From Candidatus Limnocylindria bacterium (GTDB lineage Bacteria; Chloroflexota; Limnocylindria; P2-11E), in assembly GCA_038211425.1 (NCBI GenBank), contig JBBQVQ010000001.1, positions 39,991 to 103,990 on the forward strand: a stretch of DNA of 64,000 nt. Direction: 5' to 3'. The notes below the pieces were generated by a model. It had not been told where the DNA came from. It did not search any database and saw only the letters and a list, made by a program, of their open reading frames with translations. This document shows, in pieces, positions 20,771 through 30,869 of this stretch (its first letter is position 1; the number at the start of each line of letters is the position of its first letter). A program made the translations under genes and the position numbers.

Positions 20771-22445
20771 GCGCCGGCGTGCCTCGGCGCCGCTGCGTGT
20801 GATCCCCCTCGGCGGGGTAGGCGAGATCGGGAAGAACATGCTCCTCGTCGAGCAGGGCGAGGACATCGTGATGATCGACGCAGGGCTCATGTTCCCGGAC
20901 GAGGGGATGCTCGGCATCGACCTCGTGATCCCGGAGATCGGCTACCTCCGCCAGCATCGGGAGCGCCTCCGCGGCATCGTCATCACGCACGCCCACGAGG
21001 ACCACATCGGCGCGCTGCCATACGTGCTCCGGGAGTTCGGAACGGTGCCGATCCACGGAACCAAACTGACGATCGGACTCATCCGCACCAAGCTGAAGGA
21101 GCATCGCCTCGCGGAACGCGCGGTGTTCCGCGAGATCGTCCCCGGGGAGCGCTTCAACATCGGACCGTTCGAGTGCGGCTCGTACCGCGTCTGCCACAGC
21201 ATCCCCGACGCGGTCGGAGTCACGGTCGAGACGCCGTACGGGACGATCGTCCACTCGGGCGACTGGAAGTTCGACCACACGCCTGTCGATGGACGACAGA
21301 CCGACTTCGCGCGGCTTTCGGCGATCGCGGCCAAGGGCGTGCTCCTGCTGCTTTCCGACTCGACCCGCGCAGAGGTGGCGGGCTACACCCCGTCGGAGCG
21401 ACACGTCGGCGAGATCCTCGACGGGATCATGTCGCGCGCGGCGGGCCGGGTGATCATCACCACGTTCGCCTCGAACATCTCTCGGATCAAGCAGATCGTC
21501 GACATCGCGGCGGCGTGGGGCCGCCGGATCGCGATCGTCGGCCGCTCCATGGAGAACTACACACGCACCGCGCGCGAGCTCGGCTACCTCGAGTACCCCG
21601 ACGGCGCGATCGTCCACGCCGCCGAGATCGGCAAGCTGCCCGACCACGAGATCTGCATCATCACGACGGGCAGCCAGGGGGAACCCACGAGCGCGCTCTC
21701 CCGCATGGCCCTCGGCGACCACCGCCACGTCGCGGTGAAGGACGGCGACACCGTCGTGATGTCGTCGAACCCGATCCCGGGCAATGAGGAGCTCGTGTCG
21801 CGGACCGTCGACAACCTCTTCAAGCTCGGCGCCGAGGTGATCTACGACGCCGGGGTGCGTCCGCACGTCTCCGGACACGCCAGCCAGGAGGAGCTGAAGC
21901 TCCTGCTCAACATCCTGCGGCCGAAGTACTTCGTCCCCATCCACGGCGAGTACCGCATGCTCGTGAAGCACGCCCGCATGGCGATGGACCTCGGCGTCGA
22001 GCCCGACAACGCCTTCGTGATGACCAACGGCGACGTTCTCGAGTTCCGCGACAGCGGGGCGAAGCTCGGCGAGCGAGTGCAGACCGGACAGGTCTACGTG
22101 GACGGGCTGGGCGTCGGCGACGTCAGCCAGTCGGTCATGCGGGACCGGTGGTCCATCGGGAGCGATGGCGTGTTCCTGGTGGTCATCACGATCGAGCGTC
22201 AGACCGGAGCCCTGGTCGCCGGACCCGACATCGTGACCAAGGGCTTCGTACCCGAGCAGGACGCCGCACAGCTCATCGAGGAGGCGCGGCAGCGGATCAT
22301 CGAGGGCCTCGGCGAGGCGCAGACCGGCGAGCACCTGGCGGAGGCGGCGGCGCTGAAGGACGCCATCCATTCGAGCGTGGCGTCGTTCCTCTATGAGCGG
22401 ACGAAGCGCCGCCCGATGGTCCTGCCCGTCATCATGCAGGTGTGA
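20763..22445 (+). CDS. rnj: ribonuclease J
   Basis: 560 aa with LRVIPLGGVGEIGKN and HAHEDHIG beta-lactamase/beta-CASP motifs. TTG at 20763 overlaps the UDG stop; an alternative GTG lies near 20799. Confidence 0.9.
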   Translation: MAERRRASAPLRVIPLGGVGEIGKNMLLVEQGEDIVMIDAGLMFPDEGMLGIDLVIPEIGYLRQHRERLRGIVITHAHEDHIGALPYVLREFGTVPIHGTKLTIGLIRTKLKEHRLAERAVFREIVPGERFNIGPFECGSYRVCHSIPDAVGVTVETPYGTIVHSGDWKFDHTPVDGRQTDFARLSAIAAKGVLLLLSDSTRAEVAGYTPSERHVGEILDGIMSRAAGRVIITTFASNISRIKQIVDIAAAWGRRIAIVGRSMENYTRTARELGYLEYPDGAIVHAAEIGKLPDHEICIITTGSQGEPTSALSRMALGDHRHVAVKDGDTVVMSSNPIPGNEELVSRTVDNLFKLGAEVIYDAGVRPHVSGHASQEELKLLLNILRPKYFVPIHGEYRMLVKHARMAMDLGVEPDNAFVMTNGDVLEFRDSGAKLGERVQTGQVYVDGLGVGDVSQSVMRDRWSIGSDGVFLVVITIERQTGALVAGPDIVTKGFVPEQDAAQLIEEARQRIIEGLGEAQTGEHLAEAAALKDAIHSSVASFLYERTKRRPMVLPVIMQV

Positions 22446-24736
22446 GGAAGACCACCGACCGTACGGCGGTGCGCCGGGCAGCCCGCCCCCGCCAGGGCGG
22501 GCTCGAGACCGGCGTTCGCGGTGAGATCGTCGGCATCGCCCTCCTGGTGTTCGCCCTCCTGACGGCGGTCGCCCTGGTCGCCGACCAGGGCGCTCTCCTG
22601 CACTGGTGGCGCGCCTCGCTCTTCTCGATCCTGGGTTGGGGAGCGGTGCTCGTGCCGCCCGCGCTCGCGCTCGTGGGAGCCGCTGTGGCGTTCCCGTCGC
22701 TCCGGCCCGGCCTGGTGGCTCCCGCGGCCGCGGGAGCCGTACTCCTGGTCGCGGTCCTCGGACTGCTCGAGGTCGCCGTCCGGAGCGAGCCGGGGTCGCC
22801 CCCCGGCGGTATGGCCGGCCGGCTCCTCGGCGGCTCGGCGCGCGGGGCGCTGGGAGACGTGGGCGCCGCGCTGCTGCTCATGGCCATCGCCCTCATCGCC
22901 CTCGTCGTGGCGTCGGGCCGATCCGTCGGGGACCTGGCCGGGTCGGTCGCGGGCCTCGCCAGGTCGGGCGCGGATCTCGTGCGGTCCGCAGTGCTGCGGC
23001 GGCGTCGCTTCGCGCTGCGGCCGGGCGCGATGTTGCCCGGAGGCACCGCAGCGGCGCTGGCCGCCGGACTCGCGAAGAGCGATGCTGCCGCGGGCGCCGG
23101 CGCGTACGTGGCCGCGGATGATGGCGCCGACCCGCCCCTGCGCATCAACCTTCAGGAGGCGCGCGCCGCTCGGCCGGTCACCCCGCCCCCTGTCGCGGCC
23201 GCCACGATCGCGCCGCCCCCTCCCGCGGCGGCCCTCGGTCCCGCCGGCCTCGCCTCGGCCGCGGTCGCGGCCGAAGGCGTCCTGCACGCGACCGCCGACC
23301 GCGCATGGGCGCTGCCCTCGATCGACCTCCTCGAGGAGGGCTCCGCTTCGCGGTCAGGGAGGGACGAGGTCATGCGCAACACGCGCGTGATCGAGGAGAC
23401 GCTGCTGCACTTCAACATCGTCGCCAAGGTCGTCGAGGTCAGCGTCGGTCCGGTCGTGACCCGGTACGAGCTGAAGCCGGCGGCGGGGGTGAAGCTCTCG
23501 CGCATCGAGGCACTTTCGGACGACCTGTCCCTTGCGCTCGCCGCGCGGAGCCTGCGCATCGAGGCTCCCGTGCCGGGAAAGAGCGTCGTCGGCATCGAGA
23601 TCCCCAACCTGGCCATCGGCCTGGTCTCGCTGCGGGACGTCGCCGAGACTGCGACATTCGGCGATGCGACGAGCACCCTTACCGTCGCGTGCGGACGCGA
23701 CGTCGCAGGATCGCCGATCGTTCTCGACCTCGCCAAGCTGCCGCACCTGCTCGTTGCCGGCCAGACCGGCTCAGGCAAGAGCGTCTGCATCTCCTCGATG
23801 ATCTGCAGCCTCCTGATGAACGCGACGCCGGACCGCGTGCGGCTGCTCATCGGCGACCTCAAGCGCGTGGACTTCACCGGATTCAGCGGCCTCCCGCACC
23901 TGGTCGTGCCGATCATGACCGAGCACGACAAGATCCTGAACGCGCTGTACTGGGTGACGGGGGAGATGGATCGCCGATACCGTCTCTTCGCCCGTGCGAG
24001 CGCGCGCAACATCGCGGGCTACAACGAGTCGCGGACCGGTCCCGACCAGATCCCGTACGTCGTCTTCATCATCGACGAGCTCGCCGATCTGATGCTCCAG
24101 GCGCCGATCCTGGTGGAGAAGCAGATCACCCGCGTCGCGCAGCTCGCGCGGGCGACGGGGATCCACCTCGTCCTGGGAACGCAGCGGCCCTCGGTGGATG
24201 TCATCACCGGCCTCATCAAGGCGAACATACCCGCACGCATCGCCTTCGCGACAGCGTCTTCGATCGACTCGCGGACGATCCTCGACATGACCGGCGCGGA
24301 GAAGCTCCTCGGCCGCGGGGACATGCTCGTCCTGCCCCCGGACAAGGCGAAGCCGATACGTGCGCAAGGGGTCTACGTCTCGGACCGGGACATCGGCGCG
24401 GTGAGCGCGCACTGGAAGGCCCAGGGCGGCCTCGACCCGCATCCCGAGGTCCTCGAGGATCCCGACAAGGGCGCGGGATGGCGGGACGATGGGGGCGACG
24501 GTGACATCGACGATGCCCGATACGAGGAGGCGGTGGAGATCGTGAAGCGCGCGGGGCAGGCGTCGGTGTCGATGCTGCAGCGGAAGATGACCGTCGGCTT
24601 CGCGCGCGCCGGGAGGCTCATCGATGTGATGGAGCAGCACGGCGTCATCGGGCCGGCGCAGGGCCCGGGCAAGATGCGCGAGGTGTATGGCGGGGCGCCT
24701 CCTCGCCGCCCGGCCGGCGACGACGTCGACGCCTGA
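22442..24736 (+). CDS. ftsK: DNA translocase FtsK/SpoIIIE
   Basis: N-terminal TM helices, A/P-rich linker, motor domain GQTGSGKSV and gamma-domain. GTG overlapping the rnj stop. Confidence 0.92.
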   Translation: MRKTTDRTAVRRAARPRQGGLETGVRGEIVGIALLVFALLTAVALVADQGALLHWWRASLFSILGWGAVLVPPALALVGAAVAFPSLRPGLVAPAAAGAVLLVAVLGLLEVAVRSEPGSPPGGMAGRLLGGSARGALGDVGAALLLMAIALIALVVASGRSVGDLAGSVAGLARSGADLVRSAVLRRRRFALRPGAMLPGGTAAALAAGLAKSDAAAGAGAYVAADDGADPPLRINLQEARAARPVTPPPVAAATIAPPPPAAALGPAGLASAAVAAEGVLHATADRAWALPSIDLLEEGSASRSGRDEVMRNTRVIEETLLHFNIVAKVVEVSVGPVVTRYELKPAAGVKLSRIEALSDDLSLALAARSLRIEAPVPGKSVVGIEIPNLAIGLVSLRDVAETATFGDATSTLTVACGRDVAGSPIVLDLAKLPHLLVAGQTGSGKSVCISSMICSLLMNATPDRVRLLIGDLKRVDFTGFSGLPHLVVPIMTEHDKILNALYWVTGEMDRRYRLFARASARNIAGYNESRTGPDQIPYVVFIIDELADLMLQAPILVEKQITRVAQLARATGIHLVLGTQRPSVDVITGLIKANIPARIAFATASSIDSRTILDMTGAEKLLGRGDMLVLPPDKAKPIRAQGVYVSDRDIGAVSAHWKAQGGLDPHPEVLEDPDKGAGWRDDGGDGDIDDARYEEAVEIVKRAGQASVSMLQRKMTVGFARAGRLIDVMEQHGVIGPAQGPGKMREVYGGAPPRRPAGDDVDA

Positions 24737-25899
24737 TGCCGCGCCTGGGCGAGATCCTGCGGGCGCAGCGCGAGCGCAAGAAGATCACGCTCGACCAGGC
24801 GGCCGACGACACCAGGATCCGCGAGCGGTTCCTGCGGGCGCTCGAGGACGGTGACTACGAGTCCCTTCCCGGAGCTGTCTACACCAAGGGCTTCGTCAGC
24901 AACTACGCCGAGTACCTCGACCTGCCCCCGGCGAAGCTCGTGGGGCTGTATCGATCCGAGCGCCCCGCCGCTGAGGCGCCACGCCGGTTCGAGCCGATGC
25001 GGCCGATCGCCCGGCGCGGCTTCGTGCTCCGCCCGTCGCTGCTCCTGCCGGTCGCGGCGACCGCCGCCGTCCTCCTGTTCGTCGGCTATCTCTACTACCA
25101 GCTGAGTACCTTCGCGGTCCTTCCGAAGATCGACGTGACGGAGCCCGCTGCCGACGCCGTGGCGCAGTCGGCGGACTACGTCGTCAGGGGCCGCACAACG
25201 CCGGACGCTCGGATCACGGTGCGCGTCTTCCCGGGGCCCGAGACGTACGCGGACATCCACCCCAATGCGGGCGGCGAGTTCAGCGTCAAGGTGCGTTTGC
25301 ACCCTGGGACCAATCACGTCGAGGTGGAGGTCCTGGCGCAGGGCAAGGTCGACCGGGTGTCGCGTGCCATACAGTTCGACCCCGCCACCGCCGACGCTGA
25401 GCAGGCGCCACAGCTCATCGTGGAGCAGCCGGCGAACGGCGGGACGTACACGAACGCGCCGGTCACCGTATCGGGCCGGGTCGACCGGTCCGTCGCGAGC
25501 CTGCTCGTGAACGGCACCCCCGTGACGCCGGGCGCGGACGGCAGCTTCACCATGACGGTGAACTTCGCGGCGGGGCAGCAGGCGGTCCATGTCGTCGCGA
25601 AGACGGCGGGAGGAGCGGAGGTGCAGGAGACGCGCACGGTCGGCGTGTCGTACAGCGCCGCGGTCGTCACCGTTCGCGTGCGCGGCGGAGCGGCGTGGCT
25701 CGTGGCCATGGTCGACGGCGCGCAGGCGCCGAACACCAACCGGGTGTTCGGCGACGGCCAGGTGCTCACCTTCAGCGGCAAGCGCGTGGTCCTCCGGACC
25801 GGGAACGCCGGCGCGACGTACGTGACGCACAACGGCCTCGACGTCGGGCGGATGGGCGATCCGGGGCAGGTCATCGAGCGCGCGTTCGCGACGCCGTGA
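24736..25899 (+). CDS. helix-turn-helix domain protein, RodZ-like (HTH + TM + DUF4115-like C-terminal domain)
   Basis: N-terminal LGEILRAQRERKKITLDQAADDTRIRERFLRALE HTH, one TM helix, and a beta-rich C-terminus. Sits in the ftsK–pgsA context. Confidence 0.7.
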   Translation: MPRLGEILRAQRERKKITLDQAADDTRIRERFLRALEDGDYESLPGAVYTKGFVSNYAEYLDLPPAKLVGLYRSERPAAEAPRRFEPMRPIARRGFVLRPSLLLPVAATAAVLLFVGYLYYQLSTFAVLPKIDVTEPAADAVAQSADYVVRGRTTPDARITVRVFPGPETYADIHPNAGGEFSVKVRLHPGTNHVEVEVLAQGKVDRVSRAIQFDPATADAEQAPQLIVEQPANGGTYTNAPVTVSGRVDRSVASLLVNGTPVTPGADGSFTMTVNFAAGQQAVHVVAKTAGGAEVQETRTVGVSYSAAVVTVRVRGGAAWLVAMVDGAQAPNTNRVFGDGQVLTFSGKRVVLRTGNAGATYVTHNGLDVGRMGDPGQVIERAFATP

Positions 25900-26498
25900 A
25901 CCTCGCTCTTGCGCTCGTCTATCTGCGCATGGTGGCCATCGCGCCGATCGTGCTGCTCCTTGGTCAGCCCGGTCCGAGCGCCGCCGCCTGGGCGCTGCTG
26001 CTCTTCGTCGTCGCGGCACTGACAGACCTCGTCGACGGACCGATCGCGCGCCGCCTGGGCCAGGTCACCCGCCTCGGCACCTTCCTCGATCCGCTCGCGG
26101 ACAAGCTCCTCATCGTGGGAACGCTCATCGGCCTCGGGGCGCGCGGGCTGGTGCCCTCGTGGGTCGTCGTACTGGTCGTGGCGCGCGAGCTGGTGGTCAC
26201 CAACGTGCGCGCGGTCGCCGCGGCTCGGGGCTACAGCATCGGCGCGAGCACATACGGCAAGGCCAAGACGGTCATGCAGTCGCTCGCGACCGCGGCGCTG
26301 CTGCTGTTCCTGACGGCGCCCTCCCTGGCTCTGGCCGATGTCGCCTACGCCCTCCTCGCGGCTGCGGTCGGCCTGACGCTGCTGTCCGGGACCGCCTACC
26401 TCTGGCAGGCTTCGTGGGCCATGGCCGGAAGAGGCGTGCCCGCTCGCTGGCGCGCGGCGCCGCGCTCCGACGGTGATGTGCGTGGCACGGCGCCCTAA
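25896..26498 (+). CDS. pgsA: CDP-diacylglycerol--glycerol-3-phosphate 3-phosphatidyltransferase
   Basis: CDP-alcohol phosphotransferase motif D..DG..AR......G..LD.LADK. GTG overlaps the upstream stop (GTGA); the upstream part of track ORF 25695 is judged spurious. Confidence 0.85.
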   Translation: MNLALALVYLRMVAIAPIVLLLGQPGPSAAAWALLLFVVAALTDLVDGPIARRLGQVTRLGTFLDPLADKLLIVGTLIGLGARGLVPSWVVVLVVARELVVTNVRAVAAARGYSIGASTYGKAKTVMQSLATAALLLFLTAPSLALADVAYALLAAAVGLTLLSGTAYLWQASWAMAGRGVPARWRAAPRSDGDVRGTAP

Positions 26499-26532
26499 CC
26501 GCGCGCCCTCATACGAGGACCTGGCCACGCGC

Positions 26533-26991
26533 ATGGCCGTCATCCACACGCGGCTGCGAGAGGCCAAGTTCACCGTCGCCTCGGCGGAGTCGTGCACAGG
26601 AGGACTGCTCGCAGCCATCCTGAGCGAGCACGGCGGATCCAGTGACTACTACCTCGGCGGCGCCGTGGTCTACAGCAATGCCGCCAAGACGGTCTTCGCG
26701 GACGTGCCGAGCCAGCTGATCCACGGCCACGGCGCAGTCTCCAGCGTCGTCGCGGCCGCGCTCGCCCACGGCGCCCGCGACCGGCTCGGGGCGCGGATCG
26801 GCCTCGGTATCACCGGGGTCGCCGGTCCAGGCGGGGGGACCGCGGGCAAGCCCGTCGGCCTCGTCTACGTCGCCGTGGAGAGCGAAGGCCTGTCCACCGT
26901 ACGGGCCTGCCGCTGGGGCTTCGACCGGGGCGGCAACAGGCTCGCCAGCGTCGGCGCCGCGCTGGACCTCCTTGAGCGGTGCGTCGCTTGA
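26533..26991 (+). CDS. CinA-family C-terminal domain protein (nicotinamide-nucleotide amidohydrolase PncC-like)
   Basis: Motif TVASAESCTGGLLAA...GVAGPGGG. ATG 26533 is preferred; the track start at 26473 would overlap pgsA. Confidence 0.75.
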   Translation: MAVIHTRLREAKFTVASAESCTGGLLAAILSEHGGSSDYYLGGAVVYSNAAKTVFADVPSQLIHGHGAVSSVVAAALAHGARDRLGARIGLGITGVAGPGGGTAGKPVGLVYVAVESEGLSTVRACRWGFDRGGNRLASVGAALDLLERCVA

Positions 26992-27950
26992 GCAAGCGCG
27001 AGATGGGCGTTGGCCTCCTCGGCCTCGGTACCGTCGGCAGCGCCGTCGCGCGCGCGTTCGCGGAACGCTCTCGCCTGCTCGATGCCGCGGCCGGGCGCCA
27101 TCTGCGGCTCGTCGCGGCGGCGGTACGCGACGGCGCACGGCCGCGCGACGCCGGCGACGTGCCGGTCACACTCGACCCGTTCGCCGTGCTCGACGCTCCT
27201 GACGTGCTCATCGTCGTCGAGGCCATCGGTGGCCGCAGCCCCGCATCCGACCTGCACCACGCGGCGTTCGAGCGCGGGAAGCACGTCGTCACCGCGAACA
27301 AGGAGCTCGTGGCTTGCGAATGGAATGCCCTGCACGAGGCGGCGCGCATGGCGAAGCGCGAGCTGCGCTACGAGGCGGCCGTCTCCGCCGGCGTCCCGGT
27401 CATCGCCGGCGCGCGGGCGCTCGGAGCGGCTCGTCCGCGGGCCCTGCGCGGCCTCCTGAACGGCACGACCGCGTACATCTGTTCGCGCCTGGAGGCGGGC
27501 ACCCCGTTCGACGCCGCTCTCGCGGAGGCCCAGTCCGCCGGGTACGCTGAGGCGGACCCGAGTAAGGATATCGACGGCTGGGACGCGGCGTACAAGCTCG
27601 CCATCCTCGTGAGCATCCTGGGTGGCCGGCACTTTTCTCCCGAGAAGGTGCGGCGATCGTCGCTTCGTGAGGCGACCCCCGAGGCCGCCACATCGGCAGC
27701 CCGCCGCGGCGCGCGTCTGCGCCACGTCGCGGTCGCGGACTTCGGTGCGAAAGCAACGAAGGGCCGCGTGGGACCGGAGGAGGTCCCGGCCGATTCGCTC
27801 GAGGGGACCGCCAGCGGGCCGACAAACGTCGTGACCATCGACACGGACCTCACCGGAAGGCTCGTGTGGATGGGCGCAGGCGCGGGCGGCGACCCGACCG
27901 CGAGCGCGATCCTCGGCGACGTCCTCGCTATCGCGCGGGCCGCTCCGTGA
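26979..27950 (+). CDS. hom: homoserine dehydrogenase (no ACT domain)
   Basis: GVGLLGLGTVGSAV Rossmann motif and ..TANKEL.. catalytic region. GTG at 26979 overlaps the cinA stop; an alternative ATG is at 27003. Confidence 0.85.
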   Translation: MRRLSKREMGVGLLGLGTVGSAVARAFAERSRLLDAAAGRHLRLVAAAVRDGARPRDAGDVPVTLDPFAVLDAPDVLIVVEAIGGRSPASDLHHAAFERGKHVVTANKELVACEWNALHEAARMAKRELRYEAAVSAGVPVIAGARALGAARPRALRGLLNGTTAYICSRLEAGTPFDAALAEAQSAGYAEADPSKDIDGWDAAYKLAILVSILGGRHFSPEKVRRSSLREATPEAATSAARRGARLRHVAVADFGAKATKGRVGPEEVPADSLEGTASGPTNVVTIDTDLTGRLVWMGAGAGGDPTASAILGDVLAIARAAP

Positions 27951-29341
27951 CGACGACGGTGCTGAAGTTCGGCGGGACATCGGTCGGTTCGCCGGATGCC
28001 GTACGCCACGCCGTGGCCATCGTCGCGGCCACGCCCGGAAGCCGCGTGGTCGTCGTATCCGCGACGGCGGGTACGACGAACGCCCTCATGGACGCCGCGC
28101 GGCTCGGGGCGGAAGGCGACGACCTCGGTGCCCAGCGCGCGATCGGCATGATCGCCGACCGCCACCAGGACCTCGCGGCGGACCTCCTTGGGGATGCCGG
28201 CGCGGCGGTACAGACCGAGCTTGCCGATCTCGCGGAACGCACGAGCGCGCTCCTGCGAAGCGTCGCGATCCTGCGCGAATGCACCCCGCGCAGCCGGGAC
28301 GCGGTCGCCTCGTACGGGGAGCGCGCCTCTGCCCCCATCGTGGCCGCAGCGCTCGCCTCGCGCGACATCACCGCGTCAGCGGTAGCGGGCGACGTGATCG
28401 TCGTCACGGACGACGCTTTCGGCGAGGCCAGCCCACTCCTGAATGAGACGCGCGAGCGCGTGCGGGAGGTCCTCGGGTCCCTCCTGCAACGGCACCATGT
28501 CCCGGTCGTCGGCGGCTACGTCGGAGCGACCCGCGACGGCGTCACCACGACGCTCGGTCGCGGCGCTTCCGACTACACCGCCGCCTTGCTCGCCGCGGCT
28601 CTGCCTGCGGACGAGCTGCGCATCTACACTGACGTGAGCGGGGTCATGAGCGCCGATCCGCGCGTGGTACCGGACGCGCGTCCGCTCGCGACGCTTTCGT
28701 ACGCCGAGGTCGCCGAGCTCTCGCACTTCGGCGCGAAGGTGCTCCATCCACGCGCGGTCCTACCGGCGGTCGAGGCGGGGATCCCGGTCCGCATCCTCAA
28801 TACGTTCTCTCCCGCCGATGCCGGCACCACCATCGCGGCGCAGGCGGAGCGCGACGGGAGCATCGTGAAGGCGACGACCTCGCTCGGGGGACTCGGTCTC
28901 ATCACGGTGCAGGGAGCCGGCATGAGCGGCGTCCCCGGATTCGCGGCACGTGTATTCGACACCTCAGCCGACGAGCGGGTCTCGGTGCTCATGATCAGCC
29001 AATCGTCGAGCGAGAACACGATCTGCCTCGTCGTGCCGGGCGGCGCGGCGGAGCGGCTGCGCAAAGCGCTGGAGCGCAACCTCGCGCGCGAGCTGGGCCG
29101 CCACGACGTGGAGCGCGTCAGCGTGGAGTCGCCGGTCGCGATCGTCGCCGCGGTGGGGGAGGGGATGCGCGGCACGCCGGGCGTGGCCGCGCGCGTCTTC
29201 GCGGCTCTGGGCACCGCCGGGGTGAACGTCATCGCCATCGCGCAGGGCTCGAGCGAGCGGAACATCTCGCTCGTCGTCGCGGACGCGGATCGCGGACGCG
29301 CCGTCAGGGCCATCCACGACCAGTTCCGCCCGGGCGGGTGA
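27947..29341 (+). CDS. ask: aspartate kinase (two ACT domains)
   Basis: VLKFGGTSVG kinase motif and a C-terminal ACT pair. GTG overlaps the hom stop (GTGA); the R-rich upstream extension of the track ORF is judged spurious. Confidence 0.9.
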   Translation: MTTTVLKFGGTSVGSPDAVRHAVAIVAATPGSRVVVVSATAGTTNALMDAARLGAEGDDLGAQRAIGMIADRHQDLAADLLGDAGAAVQTELADLAERTSALLRSVAILRECTPRSRDAVASYGERASAPIVAAALASRDITASAVAGDVIVVTDDAFGEASPLLNETRERVREVLGSLLQRHHVPVVGGYVGATRDGVTTTLGRGASDYTAALLAAALPADELRIYTDVSGVMSADPRVVPDARPLATLSYAEVAELSHFGAKVLHPRAVLPAVEAGIPVRILNTFSPADAGTTIAAQAERDGSIVKATTSLGGLGLITVQGAGMSGVPGFAARVFDTSADERVSVLMISQSSSENTICLVVPGGAAERLRKALERNLARELGRHDVERVSVESPVAIVAAVGEGMRGTPGVAARVFAALGTAGVNVIAIAQGSSERNISLVVADADRGRAVRAIHDQFRPGG

Positions 29342-29348
29342 CCGGGCG

Positions 29349-29729
29349 CTACTGGCCGGCGTGGGGGTTGATGACGCCATCCCGCTCGTGCTGCTCGCGC
29401 AGCTTCTCGACTTCCGACTTGTCCAGGCGTTCGACACCGACCGTGCGGCCTTCGGCCTCCTCGAGGGCCGTCAGCACCTCGTCGAGCTTCAGCTGGAGCG
29501 CGGCCATGTCCCGCGCCTCGGCCCGGTTCGAGAAGAAGACGAGCGTCAGCGTCAGCAGCGAGATGATGAGAGGGAGATCGAGTGCCTGAGGGGGGAGGCC
29601 GAGGACATGCCCCGCGAGCAGCCAGGTCGCGATGAAGAGTGCGGCCATCAACGGCGCGATCCAGTGCCCGAGCCAGTCCCGCACCCTGTCGACGAGGCGT
29701 CCATAGACGACGTGCGATGACGCGCTCAC
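29349..29729 (-). CDS. small membrane protein, low-affinity iron permease family-like
   Basis: Two TM helices followed by the conserved FSNRAEARDMAALQLKLDEVL...coiled tail. GTG at 29729 chosen; the track ORF start at 29876 adds a non-protein-like extension. Confidence 0.45.
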   Translation of the reverse strand: MSASSHVVYGRLVDRVRDWLGHWIAPLMAALFIATWLLAGHVLGLPPQALDLPLIISLLTLTLVFFSNRAEARDMAALQLKLDEVLTALEEAEGRTVGVERLDKSEVEKLREQHERDGVINPHAGQ

Positions 29730-29817
29730 GGCGCCACGATAGTTGCACTCCGCCGTTCCGCGGCGCCGCAGCGCGAGGGTCGCGCCGCGGGGCTGCCGCG
29801 TCTGCGAGACTTGAGGC

Positions 29818-30864
29818 GTGAGGAAGCGGCGCGTCGCGGTGTTGGGCGCCACGGGCACGGTCGGCCAACGGTTCATCAGCCTGCTCGTGGATCACCCTTG
29901 GTTCGAGCTGGCCGCGCTGACGACTTCCCGCGAGAAGGCGGGGAGGCGATACGCGGACGTCACGCCGTGGCACTTCGGCGAGCGCATCCCGGACAGCGTC
30001 GGATCCATGCTGCTCGAGCCGACGCGTGCGGACCTCGATGCGGAGATCTGCTTCAGCGCCCTGCCTTCAGAGGCCGCGGAGGAGCATGAGGCCGCCCTCG
30101 CCTCGACGGGGCACCACGTGTTCTCGAACGTGAAGAACCACCGGATGGACGAGGACGTGCCGCTCATCATCGCCGAGGTCAACCCGGATCACGCCCGCGC
30201 GCTCGCTGTGCAGCGACGGCGGCGCGGCTGGTCCGGGTCGCTCGTGACCAACGGGAACTGCTCCGCGATCCACCTCGCCCTCGCGCTCGCCCCGCTGCAT
30301 CGGAGCTTCGGGATCGAGCGGCTCGTCGTCACGACGATGCAGGCGCTCTCGGGCGCCGGCTATCCGGGGGTCGCGTCCCTCGACGCGCTCGACAACGTCG
30401 TCCCGTACATCGGCGAGGAGGAGGAAAAGCTCGCCGCCGAGACGCGCAAGTTCCTCGGTGGATGGGACGGGGAGGCATTCGTCCCGGCTTCGTTCCCGGT
30501 ATCGGCGCATTGCAACCGCGTGAGCGTCCGCGACGGGCACACCGAAACGGTCAGCATCGCTCTCTCCGGGTCGCCGGCCGTGCACGCTGTGAAGGAGGCG
30601 CTCGCCGGGTTCCGCGGACGCCCCCAGGAGCTCGGCCTGCCGTCGGCGCCGGAGCATCCGATCGTCGTGCGTGATGAGCCGGACCGGCCCCAGCCCATCC
30701 TCGACCGCGACGCCGAGCGTGGGATGGCCTCGGTGGTCGGCCGGGTCCGCGAGGACGAGGTCCTCGGGATCAAGTTCGTGCTTCTCGGCCACAATACGAT
30801 CCGCGGCGCCGCGGGCGCGTCGGTGCTGAACGCCGAGCTGCTCTGCGCCGAGGCGATGCTGTAG
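29818..30864 (+). CDS. asd: aspartate-semialdehyde dehydrogenase
   Basis: VAVLGATGTVGQ NAD-binding motif and GNCS active-site Cys. Forms an ask–asd pair. Confidence 0.92.
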   Translation: MRKRRVAVLGATGTVGQRFISLLVDHPWFELAALTTSREKAGRRYADVTPWHFGERIPDSVGSMLLEPTRADLDAEICFSALPSEAAEEHEAALASTGHHVFSNVKNHRMDEDVPLIIAEVNPDHARALAVQRRRRGWSGSLVTNGNCSAIHLALALAPLHRSFGIERLVVTTMQALSGAGYPGVASLDALDNVVPYIGEEEEKLAAETRKFLGGWDGEAFVPASFPVSAHCNRVSVRDGHTETVSIALSGSPAVHAVKEALAGFRGRPQELGLPSAPEHPIVVRDEPDRPQPILDRDAERGMASVVGRVREDEVLGIKFVLLGHNTIRGAAGASVLNAELLCAEAML

Positions 30865-30869
30865 GCGGG